This document shows, piece by piece, positions 19,939 to 30,245 of a DNA stretch of 64,000 nucleotides. The stretch spans positions 384,001-448,000 of the forward strand of contig CBDCTZ010000015.1 of the NCBI GenBank assembly GCA_965222375.1, read 5' to 3'. A model generated the notes under the pieces. It was not told the DNA's origin. It did not search any database and worked only from the letters and a program-made list of their open reading frames with translations. Source of the stretch: Polyangiaceae bacterium. Its GTDB lineage: Bacteria > Myxococcota_A > Polyangia > Polyangiales > Polyangiaceae. Numbering within the stretch: position 1 is the first letter of the stretch; each line of letters begins with the position of its first letter. The translations under genes and the position numbers were made by a program.

Positions 19939-21071
19939 GACGGTGCCGGACTACCCTCCAGCGTATCTCCAAGGCGTCGTTCTTGGAGCGACGACTCGGG
20001 GTAGGCGGTCAGGTAGCGCGTTTCGATGTCGGGCTTTTCGGTATTGTGGCGATAAGTCAGTACATCGACCCGCCAGATCAACCCGCGGTTCTGAGCATCC
20101 GAGAGAGTGTAGGGCGGAATGTCTGGCCCTGGAGTGGGCAAGGAGAGCTGTCCGCCCCACTTGCCACTCTCAGGGTCGCCGGTCAGGGGACTTTCGACCC
20201 GAGACAGGATGTTCTCGTACTCGTGGGTGGTTGTGTGGTCCGTGCTCGCGCTGCGCGTGGTCCATCGCACGTATTCCTTCACGTCCAAGCGGGCGCTCAC
20301 GCGATCGATCGCACCGCCCCCCTTGGTATCCACCTCGCAGCGCAAGAGTCGCTTTCCGTCACCCCGATAACCCGCGGTGGGTGCTTCGCAAGAGAGTCGC
20401 ACGGCTGATTTCCAAGGTGAGGTGCCCCCGCCTCGCCGAGATGCTCGGGCACCCCAAAACGCGACGCCCATGAGCAATGTGCCCACAACGCCAAGCCCCG
20501 CCATCGCTCCGCTTACCGGGTCGGGTGCCAGCTCCAGCCCCTTGGCCACGAACCCCGCAGTCATCAACAGGATTGCACCGGCGAGAAGCAATCCCGTCAC
20601 GATGAGCGCGGTGTAGGACTCGGACTGCGCCCCCACTTCGACGTTATCATGCGGCGGTGGGACCACCACCAAGGGGCCCCATTGCGTTGGCGGCTCCAAG
20701 CCGAACTCGGCTTCGCTTTTCGGATCGATGGCCCAGGGGATGTCAATGCTGGCAGCGACCACCCACTTCCAGCCCACGAGCTTGCCGCTGCGTGTTGGCG
20801 GCATCGTGCTGGGAAGCTCGAATCGATACTCGTATTCGCCAGGCTGCCATTCACCAGAGAAGAGTCGCACCGTCTCTCTCGGCTCCGGTAGGCTGTAACC
20901 CCTCTGAGTGGACTCGAGTCGCAGGCAGACGTCGAGGCCCTTGCAACGCACGGCCTCATTGACCCAAACGTCCACCTTGCCACCTATCGTGTCGCCGAGA
21001 CGGAAGGTAGGCGCGATATCCCCGTCGGCACTCCAACCGTCGACGGTGACTGCGGCGGTACACTTGGACAT
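19935..21071 (-). CDS. Hypothetical membrane protein, arrestin/SpoOM-like N-domain and two TM helices
   Basis: LGDTIGGKVDV..YEYRFELP..PPT..GK..W...ASIDIPWAID; two hydrophobic stretches. Confidence 0.6.
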   Translation of the reverse strand: MSKCTAAVTVDGWSADGDIAPTFRLGDTIGGKVDVWVNEAVRCKGLDVCLRLESTQRGYSLPEPRETVRLFSGEWQPGEYEYRFELPSTMPPTRSGKLVGWKWVVAASIDIPWAIDPKSEAEFGLEPPTQWGPLVVVPPPHDNVEVGAQSESYTALIVTGLLLAGAILLMTAGFVAKGLELAPDPVSGAMAGLGVVGTLLMGVAFWGARASRRGGGTSPWKSAVRLSCEAPTAGYRGDGKRLLRCEVDTKGGGAIDRVSARLDVKEYVRWTTRSASTDHTTTHEYENILSRVESPLTGDPESGKWGGQLSLPTPGPDIPPYTLSDAQNRGLIWRVDVLTYRHNTEKPDIETRYLTAYPESSLQERRLGDTLEGSPAPS

Positions 21072-21154
21072 CAGGCAGCCTTACGCATCATCTACTTCGT
21101 CCCAGCCCAGGCTGAAACTAGGGTGCTGATCGACCAGACCATCGGGGCGGCAAC

Positions 21155-22378
21155 CTACAACCGAGCCATGCGCCGCCACAGCGCGGGAGCTTGCTCCGCC
21201 GCCTCGGCGCGGATCTCATCCATGGCGACGTTCTCGAGAGCGCCGTCCTTGACCACGACTCGCCCTGCCACTAGGACGTGCCGTGGTGAAGCACCCGGTG
21301 CGCCGACCACGAGGTCCGCAACCAGCCCCGCCTCTACGCTTTCGCCAAAGGGTGCCTCGAAGAGATCGCTGCACAGCTGGTAGCCCCCGACGCGGCGGGG
21401 CTCGAGGGGCGCCGCCTCGCCGTTTGCGGCAGCGAGGCGCTCGAGGGCCTGCCACTCGTGCGCCATGTCCGCAGCGTAGCCGTCCGTGCCGAGGGCAACG
21501 CGCTTGCTCGAAGAGAGCGCTGCAGGATAGCCGACCTTGTTACCTTCGTTGGATCGAGGGTTTTGCACGAGGAAGCAGCCGGCCTCATCGAGGCGCCGGA
21601 CCTGCGACGAGTCGAGATGCACGCCATGAGCGACGATGCTTCCAGGCGGCAGCGCACCCAGCTCCATCAGACGCTCGACGGGCCCCGCGTAGCCCCGCTC
21701 CTTGGCATCGGCCACGTCCGCCAAGTCCTCCGCCACATGCACGTGCATGGGTACGGACAGCTCTTGGGCGAGGGAGCCCGCCGCGCGAAGCGTATCATCG
21801 GAGACCGTGAAGGACGCATGCAGCCCTACTGCACCTTTGATGCTCGGCCGGCGATTGGACTCGATGAAGCGTCGACATTCCTCCAGCCCCTGTTTCGCCT
21901 CCCCGGCACCCCGGTTGCGTTCGGTCGCGCCGTAGCAGGTAACCAGCCGGATCCCGAGTTCGTCGGCAGCGTCCGCCAAGATGTCGAGGGAGCCCGGAAT
22001 CAACTCAGGCGACTCGTGATGATCGACTAGGGTCGTGGTGCCAGCGAGCAACGCTTCAGCGATGTAGTAGCGGGCGGCCGCGCGCAACGACGCTTCGTCC
22101 AAAGCGCGGTCCAAGCGCCACCACACACGCTCCAAGATTTGAACGAAGTTGTCGGGTGGCGGCGACGGCGGAGGCATGTCGAAGGGGACGAGGCCGCTGT
22201 AGAGGTGCGTATGCGCGTTGATGGCCCCGGGAGATACGACCGCTCCTTGAGGAATCGTCAGCCTCGTGACGTCTGGACGCGTGGCGTCCGTGGCCAACAC
22301 GGCTTCCACCTGGCCCGCTTCCAGCACCACGGACGGGACGCGGCGGGCGCCGTCGAGAAGCAGCGACTTCAATGCCAA
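21155..22378 (-). CDS. ssnA: SsnA-like amidohydrolase
   Basis: NAHTHLYSGL, ILERVWWRLDRAL, GTTTLVDHHESP, GLHASFT, HVHVAE, NPRSN, LGTDG. Confidence 0.88.
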   Translation of the reverse strand: MALKSLLLDGARRVPSVVLEAGQVEAVLATDATRPDVTRLTIPQGAVVSPGAINAHTHLYSGLVPFDMPPPSPPPDNFVQILERVWWRLDRALDEASLRAAARYYIAEALLAGTTTLVDHHESPELIPGSLDILADAADELGIRLVTCYGATERNRGAGEAKQGLEECRRFIESNRRPSIKGAVGLHASFTVSDDTLRAAGSLAQELSVPMHVHVAEDLADVADAKERGYAGPVERLMELGALPPGSIVAHGVHLDSSQVRRLDEAGCFLVQNPRSNEGNKVGYPAALSSSKRVALGTDGYAADMAHEWQALERLAAANGEAAPLEPRRVGGYQLCSDLFEAPFGESVEAGLVADLVVGAPGASPRHVLVAGRVVVKDGALENVAMDEIRAEAAEQAPALWRRMARL

Positions 22379-25002
22379 TCACCTCGCTCACCACGGATCC
22401 GGCCGACGCTGATCGCCTTGGCCGCCGGGGAGTCCTTCATGGGTAGCGTGTAGCGGCGCTTGCCGTCGAAAGCCGCCAGGGCTCCGGCAACGGCGCCTGC
22501 CGTAGGCACCAGCCCGATCTCACCGACACCCTTCGCTCCGAACGGCCCTTCAGGCTCGGGCTCCTCGAGCAAGATGACTTCCGTTTTCGGCATGTCTCGA
22601 GCGCGGAGCACACCGATCTCACGCATTTTGAAAGTCACCGGCATGCCGTTTTCGCAGGGCAGTTCTTCGGTCAACGCGAAGCCCAATCCCATATGCACCG
22701 AGCCTTCCACCTGGCCCGCACACAACGCCGGATTGACGACGCGGCCGACGTCGTGGGCGGCAACGAAGCGATCGAGCTTGCCCTCCTCGTCGAGAATGCA
22801 CACCTGCGTCGCGTACCCGAAGGACGTGTGCGTCTTGATCTTGGGCACGTCCGCACCCAGCGCTGTGGTGTCGTCTTTGATCACGTCCGCGGCGAAGACT
22901 CGGCCGACGAGATCGCCCAGGGTCTTGCCTTGGTCGAGTTCCACCTTGAGCTTCTCGGCAGCACTCTTGACGGCCAGGCCGCCAAAGAGTGTGGCCCTCG
23001 AACCCGTGGTCTGCCCGCAACCGAGGGCGAAGGTTGAATCCACCTTGGGGCGAAACACCGACGCCGAAAGTCCCGTCACTTCGACCGCGAACTGGGTGAG
23101 CACCGTGAGCAGACCCTGACCCATCTCCGTGTAGCCATTGTACAGAGACACGGTTTGGTCTTTTTCGACCACGAGCCGGCACTTACCCCATTCTTGAACG
23201 CCGTTACCGATGCCGGTGTTCTTCAGTCCGCAGGCGATGCCAACAGCACGCCCGGCCTTTTTCGCGTTGTAGTAGATGTCCTTGACGGCTTCGAGGGTCT
23301 TGCGAATGCCAACCGACTTGTCCAGGACCTGGCCCGTCGAAAACACGTCTCCCACCTTCACGATGTTGCGATCGCGGATCTCGTAGGCATCGATGCCCAC
23401 CTTTTCGGCCAACAGATCCATCGCCCCTTCCATGGCGAAATTGGACTGATTGGCTCCGAAGCCACGCATGGCGCCGCAGGGCGGATTGTTGGTGTACATG
23501 GCGTACGCCTCCACGTGCACGTTGCTGACCCGGTATGGCCCACAAGCGTGACCGGCCGCACGCTCGAGCACCTTGCCACCCACGGATGCGTAAGCCCCAG
23601 TGTCACCGATCATCCACGCCTTGACGGCGGTTAAGCGCCCATCTTTGTCCGCGCCCACGGCGTACTTCATCTTGATTGGGTGGCGTTTGGGGTGAATGCG
23701 GATCGACTCCTCGCGATTGAGAACCAAGCGCACGGGGCAACCGGTGAGCTTCGCAAGCAGAGCTGTCTGCGATTGGACACTCATGTCCTCTTTGCCGCCG
23801 AAAGCGCCTCCGTTCGGGATCAGCTCCACGTAGAGGTCGTCCTCGGGCATGCCGAGCAGGCCCGCAACCTGCCGTCGATCGTCGAAGATACCCTGACCTT
23901 GGGTGAACAACGCCATCTTGCCATCCGGCAGGGGTTCCGCCAGCGCCGCTTCGGGTTCGAGATAGAGGTGCTCGATGCGTTGCGTCTGCCAAGTGCCCTT
24001 CACGACGTACGCGCTCTTGGCCAGTGCTTCGTCAACGTTGCCACGGGTGATCAGCGACTTGCTGAGCAGGTTTTCGTGAGTTGGGTTGACCTGCGCGGCA
24101 CCGTCCTTCAACGACTCTTCGGGGTCGAGCACGGCATCTAGGGTCTCGTACTCTACTTCGACGAGTTTGGCCGCTTCCCGAGCTGTGCGTTCATCGTCTG
24201 CGGCAACCGCGGCGATCACGTCGCCGACGCAGCGAGCTTCTTCGCCGATCGCCACAAACGCAGGCCAATCCGCATACAGCAAACCGTACCAACGCTTGCC
24301 CGGCACGTCCTCGGCGGTAGCAACTGCGTGCACACCTGGGTGCGCCTTGGCCTTGCCCGTGTCAATCGCCTTCACACGAGCCCGGGGGTGCGGCGACAGG
24401 ACGAGGGCGCCGTGCAGCATACCCTCTCGGGTCATGTCAGCAACGTAAGGGCGATCCCCCATGACCAGATCGAGGCCCTGGTAGCGTTGCAAGGCCGCGC
24501 CGACCTTGCCGTCTTCGCAGGGTTCGGGGATCGGCTCACCGCGGCGGGCCTTTGCCATCAATTCGACGGCGTCGATGATCTTCACGTAGCCGGTGCAGCG
24601 GCAGAGATGAACGTCTAGGGCCTTTGCGATCTCCGCTCGACTGGGAGTCGGGTTCGAGTCCAACAGATGTTTCGCGCGCAGCGCGATACCAGGGATGCAG
24701 AAGCCGCATTGCAGACCAGCAGCGGCAACAAAGGCTTTGGCAGTGATTTCTCGGTCTCGATCGCTCAGGCCTTCGAGAGTAATGACCTCTTTGCCCGCGC
24801 ATTTACTCGCTGGCACCGCGCAACTGACCTTGGGCTGACCGTCGATCAGCGCGAGGCAGCACCCGCACTGGCCTTGGGGCCTGCAGCCATCCTTTGGGGA
24901 CGATGTTCCACACTGCTCACGCAACACCTCGAGCAATGATTCGCCCGTCTTCGGTGCAACCTGCTGCTTCTTCCCATTGAGAGTGAACTCGACGCTGGCC
25001 AT
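22369..25002 (-). CDS. xdh: Selenium-dependent xanthine dehydrogenase-type enzyme, fused 2x[2Fe-2S] + Mo-cofactor subunit
   Basis: DGCRPQGQCGCC, QCGFCIPG, CRCTGY, GGAFGGKED, GAMRGFG, MGQG, QTTGSR, AKGVGEIG. Confidence 0.85.
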   Translation of the reverse strand: MASVEFTLNGKKQQVAPKTGESLLEVLREQCGTSSPKDGCRPQGQCGCCLALIDGQPKVSCAVPASKCAGKEVITLEGLSDRDREITAKAFVAAAGLQCGFCIPGIALRAKHLLDSNPTPSRAEIAKALDVHLCRCTGYVKIIDAVELMAKARRGEPIPEPCEDGKVGAALQRYQGLDLVMGDRPYVADMTREGMLHGALVLSPHPRARVKAIDTGKAKAHPGVHAVATAEDVPGKRWYGLLYADWPAFVAIGEEARCVGDVIAAVAADDERTAREAAKLVEVEYETLDAVLDPEESLKDGAAQVNPTHENLLSKSLITRGNVDEALAKSAYVVKGTWQTQRIEHLYLEPEAALAEPLPDGKMALFTQGQGIFDDRRQVAGLLGMPEDDLYVELIPNGGAFGGKEDMSVQSQTALLAKLTGCPVRLVLNREESIRIHPKRHPIKMKYAVGADKDGRLTAVKAWMIGDTGAYASVGGKVLERAAGHACGPYRVSNVHVEAYAMYTNNPPCGAMRGFGANQSNFAMEGAMDLLAEKVGIDAYEIRDRNIVKVGDVFSTGQVLDKSVGIRKTLEAVKDIYYNAKKAGRAVGIACGLKNTGIGNGVQEWGKCRLVVEKDQTVSLYNGYTEMGQGLLTVLTQFAVEVTGLSASVFRPKVDSTFALGCGQTTGSRATLFGGLAVKSAAEKLKVELDQGKTLGDLVGRVFAADVIKDDTTALGADVPKIKTHTSFGYATQVCILDEEGKLDRFVAAHDVGRVVNPALCAGQVEGSVHMGLGFALTEELPCENGMPVTFKMREIGVLRARDMPKTEVILLEEPEPEGPFGAKGVGEIGLVPTAGAVAGALAAFDGKRRYTLPMKDSPAAKAISVGRIRGERGDWH

Positions 25003-25234
25003 TTGGGGGACTCACCTCGCAAACATCGCGCCCGTTCGCGCGAAACCGCACGATAGCGCTTCTGCCGCCGCAGCGGGAGCACCCGCCAGATTTGGCCCGC
25101 AATCTCAGCGTGTATGAGAAGAAAGCAAGCGCCACGCGGACCGGAGGCCACCCCGCGCGCGAGCTGCGCCGCTGGCCGACCGGGGATTCTCAGCGAATCG
25201 CGAATGCAAGTGCACGAGTTGCGTCGCGCAGCAG

Positions 25235-26392
25235 CTACCTTTTTGGACAGCGCGCCTTGAGCAAACCGGTCAAGGACTGAGCCCGACCTCTGTGCTGCAG
25301 CTCTTCTAGGATCGCCCCCCAGTTCACGCATTCGAACTGCTTCAACGCGCCCCGGAGAGCATCTTTGGCAAGGACCTCGACCTGTTTCAGCTGCCCCCCC
25401 TGAAGATACTCGCGCGCGAGCATGATGAGCAGCTCCGACGCGAAAGCGCCGGTCACCACGCGTTCAAAGAACGGTCTCGCTTTGTCAGCACGCCCAACCC
25501 TTGCAAACTGCCGCACTAGTTCTAGTCCCGCTACGTGGTGCAAGCCTTGGGCTTGGGGCAACGCTTTGAAGCGCAGAGTGAACTCGACCGCCTTCCTCTG
25601 ACTGTTCAGAGCGTTCACGTGGTCCTGTTTCGCTGCCTGGACGCGGCCGAGTTGGTATGCCGCGTATCCGTATAGCCAATTGTCCGGTGGCGGATGCTTC
25701 AAGACTTGCTTGTACATCTGCTCTGCAAGCGCAGGCTTGGACGCATCCGTCTGCGCTTGGCGAAAGAAGATCTCACCGAATGCTAAGTAGGCAGCGGGAA
25801 CGAACTTCGACTTCGGCGCTTGCTTCACCAACTCGAAGTAGGCCTTGCGCGCAGCGGCAATATCGCCGCTGCGCTCGCGGGCGAGTGCCAAATGGTACAA
25901 CACCTCGTCGTGCCGGCGATCCGAGGGAAACTCCTTGGCATGCTGTTCGAGGTGTTCGATGCCCTGCTGACGAATGTGCTTCGCCTCGTCCGGCTTGCCG
26001 TCCTTGTCATGGGCTCGCGCTAGCTCGAGGGCAGCCATCGCCACGCGGTGAAGTAGCGGCGCGCGATCTGGAGAACGCTTGGGTGTCACGGAAAGCAGTC
26101 GCTGCAGCGCGGTAAGTTCCGTCTGCACCAGCTTCGCAATCCGGGGACCCGGACGCTTATCCCGGAGAGCAGCGCTCCAACCAGTATCGAGCTTGCCCGT
26201 GAGCAGAGGCGCCTCCGTGGTGACTTCCGCCACAGGCTCTTCCTGATCTGGCTCGGGGCGGTCAATCGCGACAACCGCCGGCTCGCCCTCCGCAGGGCGA
26301 GGTGCTTCAGCAGGTCGGGCGCTACCGCCGCAGCCCAGGGCCGCAAGGCACGGGCCGAGCGCGATGGATCTCAGCTTCACGGTTGGGGCCAT
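25235..26392 (-). CDS. TPR-repeat lipoprotein
   Basis: Lipobox ALGC; TPR helices (DEVLYHLA, PAAYLAFGEIFF, AAYQLG). Confidence 0.8.
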   Translation of the reverse strand: MAPTVKLRSIALGPCLAALGCGGSARPAEAPRPAEGEPAVVAIDRPEPDQEEPVAEVTTEAPLLTGKLDTGWSAALRDKRPGPRIAKLVQTELTALQRLLSVTPKRSPDRAPLLHRVAMAALELARAHDKDGKPDEAKHIRQQGIEHLEQHAKEFPSDRRHDEVLYHLALARERSGDIAAARKAYFELVKQAPKSKFVPAAYLAFGEIFFRQAQTDASKPALAEQMYKQVLKHPPPDNWLYGYAAYQLGRVQAAKQDHVNALNSQRKAVEFTLRFKALPQAQGLHHVAGLELVRQFARVGRADKARPFFERVVTGAFASELLIMLAREYLQGGQLKQVEVLAKDALRGALKQFECVNWGAILEELQHRGRAQSLTGLLKARCPKR

Positions 26393-26548
26393 GGCACGAA
26401 CGCCACAATAGCGTATTCCCGGCCGATGGGCGCAGCGGACACGCCAAGCACCGAACTCGCGTCAACGACTACGCCACCAAAATCGAGCTGTCGTCATAGC
26501 GCGCCACGGTCCGGCCAGGTCCGTTTGCAGTCAGAACTTCGCCGGGCG

Positions 26549-27019
26549 TCACGCATCGCGTTCTTCGCGGTCGAGGATCAGCGGCGGTTTGTTTGCGCGG
26601 GCCCGGATCTTGTTCAAAGTGGAAAGTACGCGGGAACGCGCGACCAGGCGCCGCTGGATTCGCCGTTTTCCGGGAAACTCGATCAGCCCCAAGGCGACGA
26701 CAATCGTAAGCACACCCTGCCCAGGAAGCACCAGCATGGCTACACCGGCGCAAAGCAACATGATGCCGATGGCGTTGCGCACGATGCGCGAGAACTTGGC
26801 GGCACACTCACCCCGAAGCACCGCAGAAGGTGGCGCGTCGTCGTCCACGAAGTAGTCCTCCGGCAGCCGGGCGATCAACCAGGGCAGCGCGAGAATGCTC
26901 CCGACGAAGAAGACCAGTGACGCAAGGCTGAGCACGCCAAGCACTGGCGGAGAAAACGCCCACTCGGCGATGGGTTGCACGGGACCCGGAACCCATTGCG
27001 GCACAGAGAGGGGGAACAT
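26549..27019 (-). CDS. PGPGW-family transmembrane protein
   Basis: RLPEDYF, RNAIG, MLVLPGQGVLTI, EFPGKR, NKIRARANKPPL. Confidence 0.8.
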   Translation of the reverse strand: MFPLSVPQWVPGPVQPIAEWAFSPPVLGVLSLASLVFFVGSILALPWLIARLPEDYFVDDDAPPSAVLRGECAAKFSRIVRNAIGIMLLCAGVAMLVLPGQGVLTIVVALGLIEFPGKRRIQRRLVARSRVLSTLNKIRARANKPPLILDREERDA

Positions 27020-27273
27020 CGAGGATTCCAAGGCATCAATGTAAGACGTCGGACCAGCGGACGGATCGATCTCTGCCATCCAGGCAAGCCGGGTATCGAA
27101 CTTGCGCATTCCCGCGGCTTGCCGGTCCCGATTTCGCGCAACGCCTGCGTCCGCAACTGCACAATACGAGTGCGTAGTGCACCCACTGCGTGAATTGCGA
27201 AAGCATCCAAGAGCATTCGTCTTTCTTGTGAAACCCATGCCTGTTCCGAGCGGAGTCTCGTTACGAATCAGCT

Positions 27274-29151
27274 GTGGGAGAAGGATTTCGCCACTTGGCG
27301 GTCATCTCAGCTTGCGTGAGCGCCCACCAGGCACACCTCGGCGCATCGAGCTGGCATGCCGAGTTCACCTGCGTGCAGTGTCACCTCGTGCCCACGGCGA
27401 TCTTCGACACCGGGCATATCGACAGTCCCCTTCCCGCGGAAGTGCTCTGGGATCCCACGGATCGCGCAAGCGCAGACAGCGCAACGCCAACCTGGAACGG
27501 AACCACCTGCAGCGGTGTCTATTGCCACGGTTCGACCATCAAGAACACCGGGGCCAACGTCACACCGAATTGGACGACGGTGGATGGCTCTCAGAGCGAG
27601 TGCGGCAAGGCGTGCCACACCACACCTCCGGCCAACGGCCACACGTCGAACACGGACTGCAAGCGATGTCACGGTGCGGTCATCAACAACTTCGCCGGAG
27701 CGGCAACGACCTGGGTCGACGCGAGCAAGCACATCAACGGACAGATCGAGGTCACGGGTGTCCTCAATTGCACTAGCTGTCACGGCAACGCCGCCACCTC
27801 CGACTCCAGCCCACCGACAGGTACCCAGGGCGAAACCCAGACCAACCAGGCCGCCGTAGGCGCACATCAAGCTCACTTGACCGCGGCAAACTGGCATCGC
27901 CAGGTGGCATGTACCGACTGCCACACTCTGCCGACCTCCACGGGGCACTCCAACGGCGCTGTGGACTTCAATTGGGGCGGGCCATCCAAAGCCGATGGTG
28001 CCAACCCTGCCTACAATCCGTCTAGCGCCACTTGCGCCGGCAGCTACTGCCACGGCAGCACGCTCTTCGGACCGAAGCCCGGCGGCTCCACCAAGACAGC
28101 GCCGGTGTGGACCACGGTCAACGGGAGCTTCGACGCTTGCGGAACCAGCTGCCACACCAATCCGCCCGGCGGCACCCATCCCGCCGGGACCGACTGCGCC
28201 ACATGCCACGGCGCGGTCGTTCAGAGTTTCAACCCGAGCAACAACGCCACGGTGTGGCAGGACGCGTCGAAGCACGTCAATGGCATCGTAGAGCGCTCTG
28301 CGTATCACGACTTGCCGAATTGGACCTCACCCAAGGGCAACGGCAATCACCACGGCAGCAACTACTTCTTGACCCAACAGGAGCGCGACGAGCATGGCGC
28401 GCTGTGTAGCAGCTGCCATGGCGCAAACCTCGACGGCGGCACGTCGGGCGTGTCCTGCAACAACGCTAGCTGTCACGGCGGCAATTGGAAGTCCTGCGAC
28501 TTCTGCCACGGCACGCCGCCGAGCACGTCCGCGCCGCCCCTGGGAGTGGCCGGCGAAACCACGACGAATACCCTCGCGGTGGGTCGTCACACCGCGCATC
28601 TGACCGCAAGCAGCTCTCATCAGGCTTTTGCTTGCTCCACCTGCCACACCGTGCCCGGCGCCGGCAACGTCAGCCACGCTTTGGAGTACGTGCCCTCGGC
28701 CAATCTGCAGACCGCGGGTCATCACGGCAACGTCACATTTTCTGGCCCAGCTAGCGGAATGACCTGGAACGTCAACGCGACCGGAGGCAATCCCATCAAC
28801 CGCCGCGGCACCTGCGTTGGGGGCTGTCACTCCAACGGCGCCGGTGGCCCGCCAAACGTAACCCCGTATTGGGCCGGCGGCAGCTGGTCGACACCCTGCA
28901 ACAACTGTCACAGCGATCCACCCCAGAACGGTGAACACGACAAGCACGTCAAGGACGAGAATCTGTCCTGCGCCACCTGCCACACGCCCCTAAACTCGGG
29001 AACGCACCTGAACGGGCAAACGGACGTGCGACCCAGCATCAGCGGCCCGAGCGGCGGAAGCGTCACCTACAACCCCAACGCATGTGGCAACGGCAACCCG
29101 GGTTGCAGCGGCAACTGCCACGGGGAAGACCGTCAGACCGAGTGTTGGTAG
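27274..29151 (+). CDS. CxxxxCH/CxxCH-type multiheme c cytochrome, apparently 5'-truncated
   Basis: 10 CXXCH, 4 CX3CH, 3 CX4CH motifs; repeated AHxAHL..CxxCH..H.NG units; no signal peptide. Confidence 0.85.
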   Translation: MGEGFRHLAVISACVSAHQAHLGASSWHAEFTCVQCHLVPTAIFDTGHIDSPLPAEVLWDPTDRASADSATPTWNGTTCSGVYCHGSTIKNTGANVTPNWTTVDGSQSECGKACHTTPPANGHTSNTDCKRCHGAVINNFAGAATTWVDASKHINGQIEVTGVLNCTSCHGNAATSDSSPPTGTQGETQTNQAAVGAHQAHLTAANWHRQVACTDCHTLPTSTGHSNGAVDFNWGGPSKADGANPAYNPSSATCAGSYCHGSTLFGPKPGGSTKTAPVWTTVNGSFDACGTSCHTNPPGGTHPAGTDCATCHGAVVQSFNPSNNATVWQDASKHVNGIVERSAYHDLPNWTSPKGNGNHHGSNYFLTQQERDEHGALCSSCHGANLDGGTSGVSCNNASCHGGNWKSCDFCHGTPPSTSAPPLGVAGETTTNTLAVGRHTAHLTASSSHQAFACSTCHTVPGAGNVSHALEYVPSANLQTAGHHGNVTFSGPASGMTWNVNATGGNPINRRGTCVGGCHSNGAGGPPNVTPYWAGGSWSTPCNNCHSDPPQNGEHDKHVKDENLSCATCHTPLNSGTHLNGQTDVRPSISGPSGGSVTYNPNACGNGNPGCSGNCHGEDRQTECW

Positions 29152-29377
29152 CCACCGAACTCGATCGGCCGCGAAGCAGTGGATTCGCCGCTGACGCGGC
29201 GCCCGTTCAGCCCGTTGGAGGAGCCGGAATTGAAAAGCGGAAGATCGAGCGCCCGTTGATCGACAAACTCGTGATCAACAAGTCCAGCTCGCCCCCCTCG
29301 GGCACAGGCCCGGCCGAACAAGCCTGCAAATAGCGTCACGAGCGGCACTCTCGGCTTGGGCACGCGACTCCAGCCGA

Positions 29378-30178
29378 ATGACGCGGCCCGCCAACGAAAA
29401 ACGACCCAGCCCCCTTGCAGCGCATCCGACAAAGCGGTCTGCTCAGTACATGCCTGGTGGCGGAGTACCCGAGTGGTTCGGCAGGGGTGAGGAAGAGAAA
29501 GCACCGCGGCGAAAGCGTGGCTCCGGAGCAGGGGGCGCTAGCGGCGGAGGAGGCTCTGGCGGCGGAGGCTCGGGGAAGGGTCCGTCAAAGGCCATCGCAT
29601 TCTCAGCGTTCGCGGTCGCCGCCATCGGCGGCGTCATCGCGTTCAATGTTCAGAAGCAGACGGACCAGCAGGCGCAGGCGGAAAGCCATGCTGCGGCACG
29701 CGCCCAAGAGCAGTTGAGGGCCGAAAAGGCGCGCAAGCGCATGCTTGCGGAAATCAAGAAAGCCGCGGAGGCGACTCCCGAGCCCGAGCCTGTGGATCCC
29801 TCCGACCTGCCCTCGATCGACGACGTGCTCGCAGAAGACGCGGAAGAAGCGGACGAAGAGGAAGCCAGTGAGGATGCGGGCGCTGTCGGCAAGCGGGACA
29901 GCGCATCCGTGCTGCGTATCACCCGAGCGCTCAATCCCCAGGTGCAGCGTTGCTACGAAACGCAGCTTGCCAGGGACCCAGACCTACGCGGCCGCGCCAA
30001 CGTCACCCTGCAAATCAACGAAGAAGGGCGCGTGTCCAAAGCCACGGTTCAGCTCGTGGGCCAGCTCCCGGCCTCGATGCGCGGTTGCATCGCCGGCGTA
30101 TTCAGAAAGGCGCGCTTCGAACCTGCAAGCGACGTGGCCACAGTGAAGCTACCCATCATCTTCAGCGCGAACCGCTAG
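29378..30178 (+). CDS. Single-TM protein with AgmX/PglI (TonB-C-like) C-terminal domain
   Basis: TM, Pro/acidic linker, VQRCYETQLARDPDLRGR..GCIAGVF..F..PIIF. Confidence 0.75.
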   Translation: MTRPANEKRPSPLAAHPTKRSAQYMPGGGVPEWFGRGEEEKAPRRKRGSGAGGASGGGGSGGGGSGKGPSKAIAFSAFAVAAIGGVIAFNVQKQTDQQAQAESHAAARAQEQLRAEKARKRMLAEIKKAAEATPEPEPVDPSDLPSIDDVLAEDAEEADEEEASEDAGAVGKRDSASVLRITRALNPQVQRCYETQLARDPDLRGRANVTLQINEEGRVSKATVQLVGQLPASMRGCIAGVFRKARFEPASDVATVKLPIIFSANR

Positions 30179-30245
30179 ATCCGCTCCAACACGCGTTGGG
30201 AAGTAGACACTTGCCGGGGTGCTTCGTCCCCGTCAGGCTTGAAAA

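Noticed and set aside
22369..25002. Selenocysteine recoding in xdh or ygfK
   Set aside because: No in-frame TGA; this enzyme class uses a labile Se cofactor
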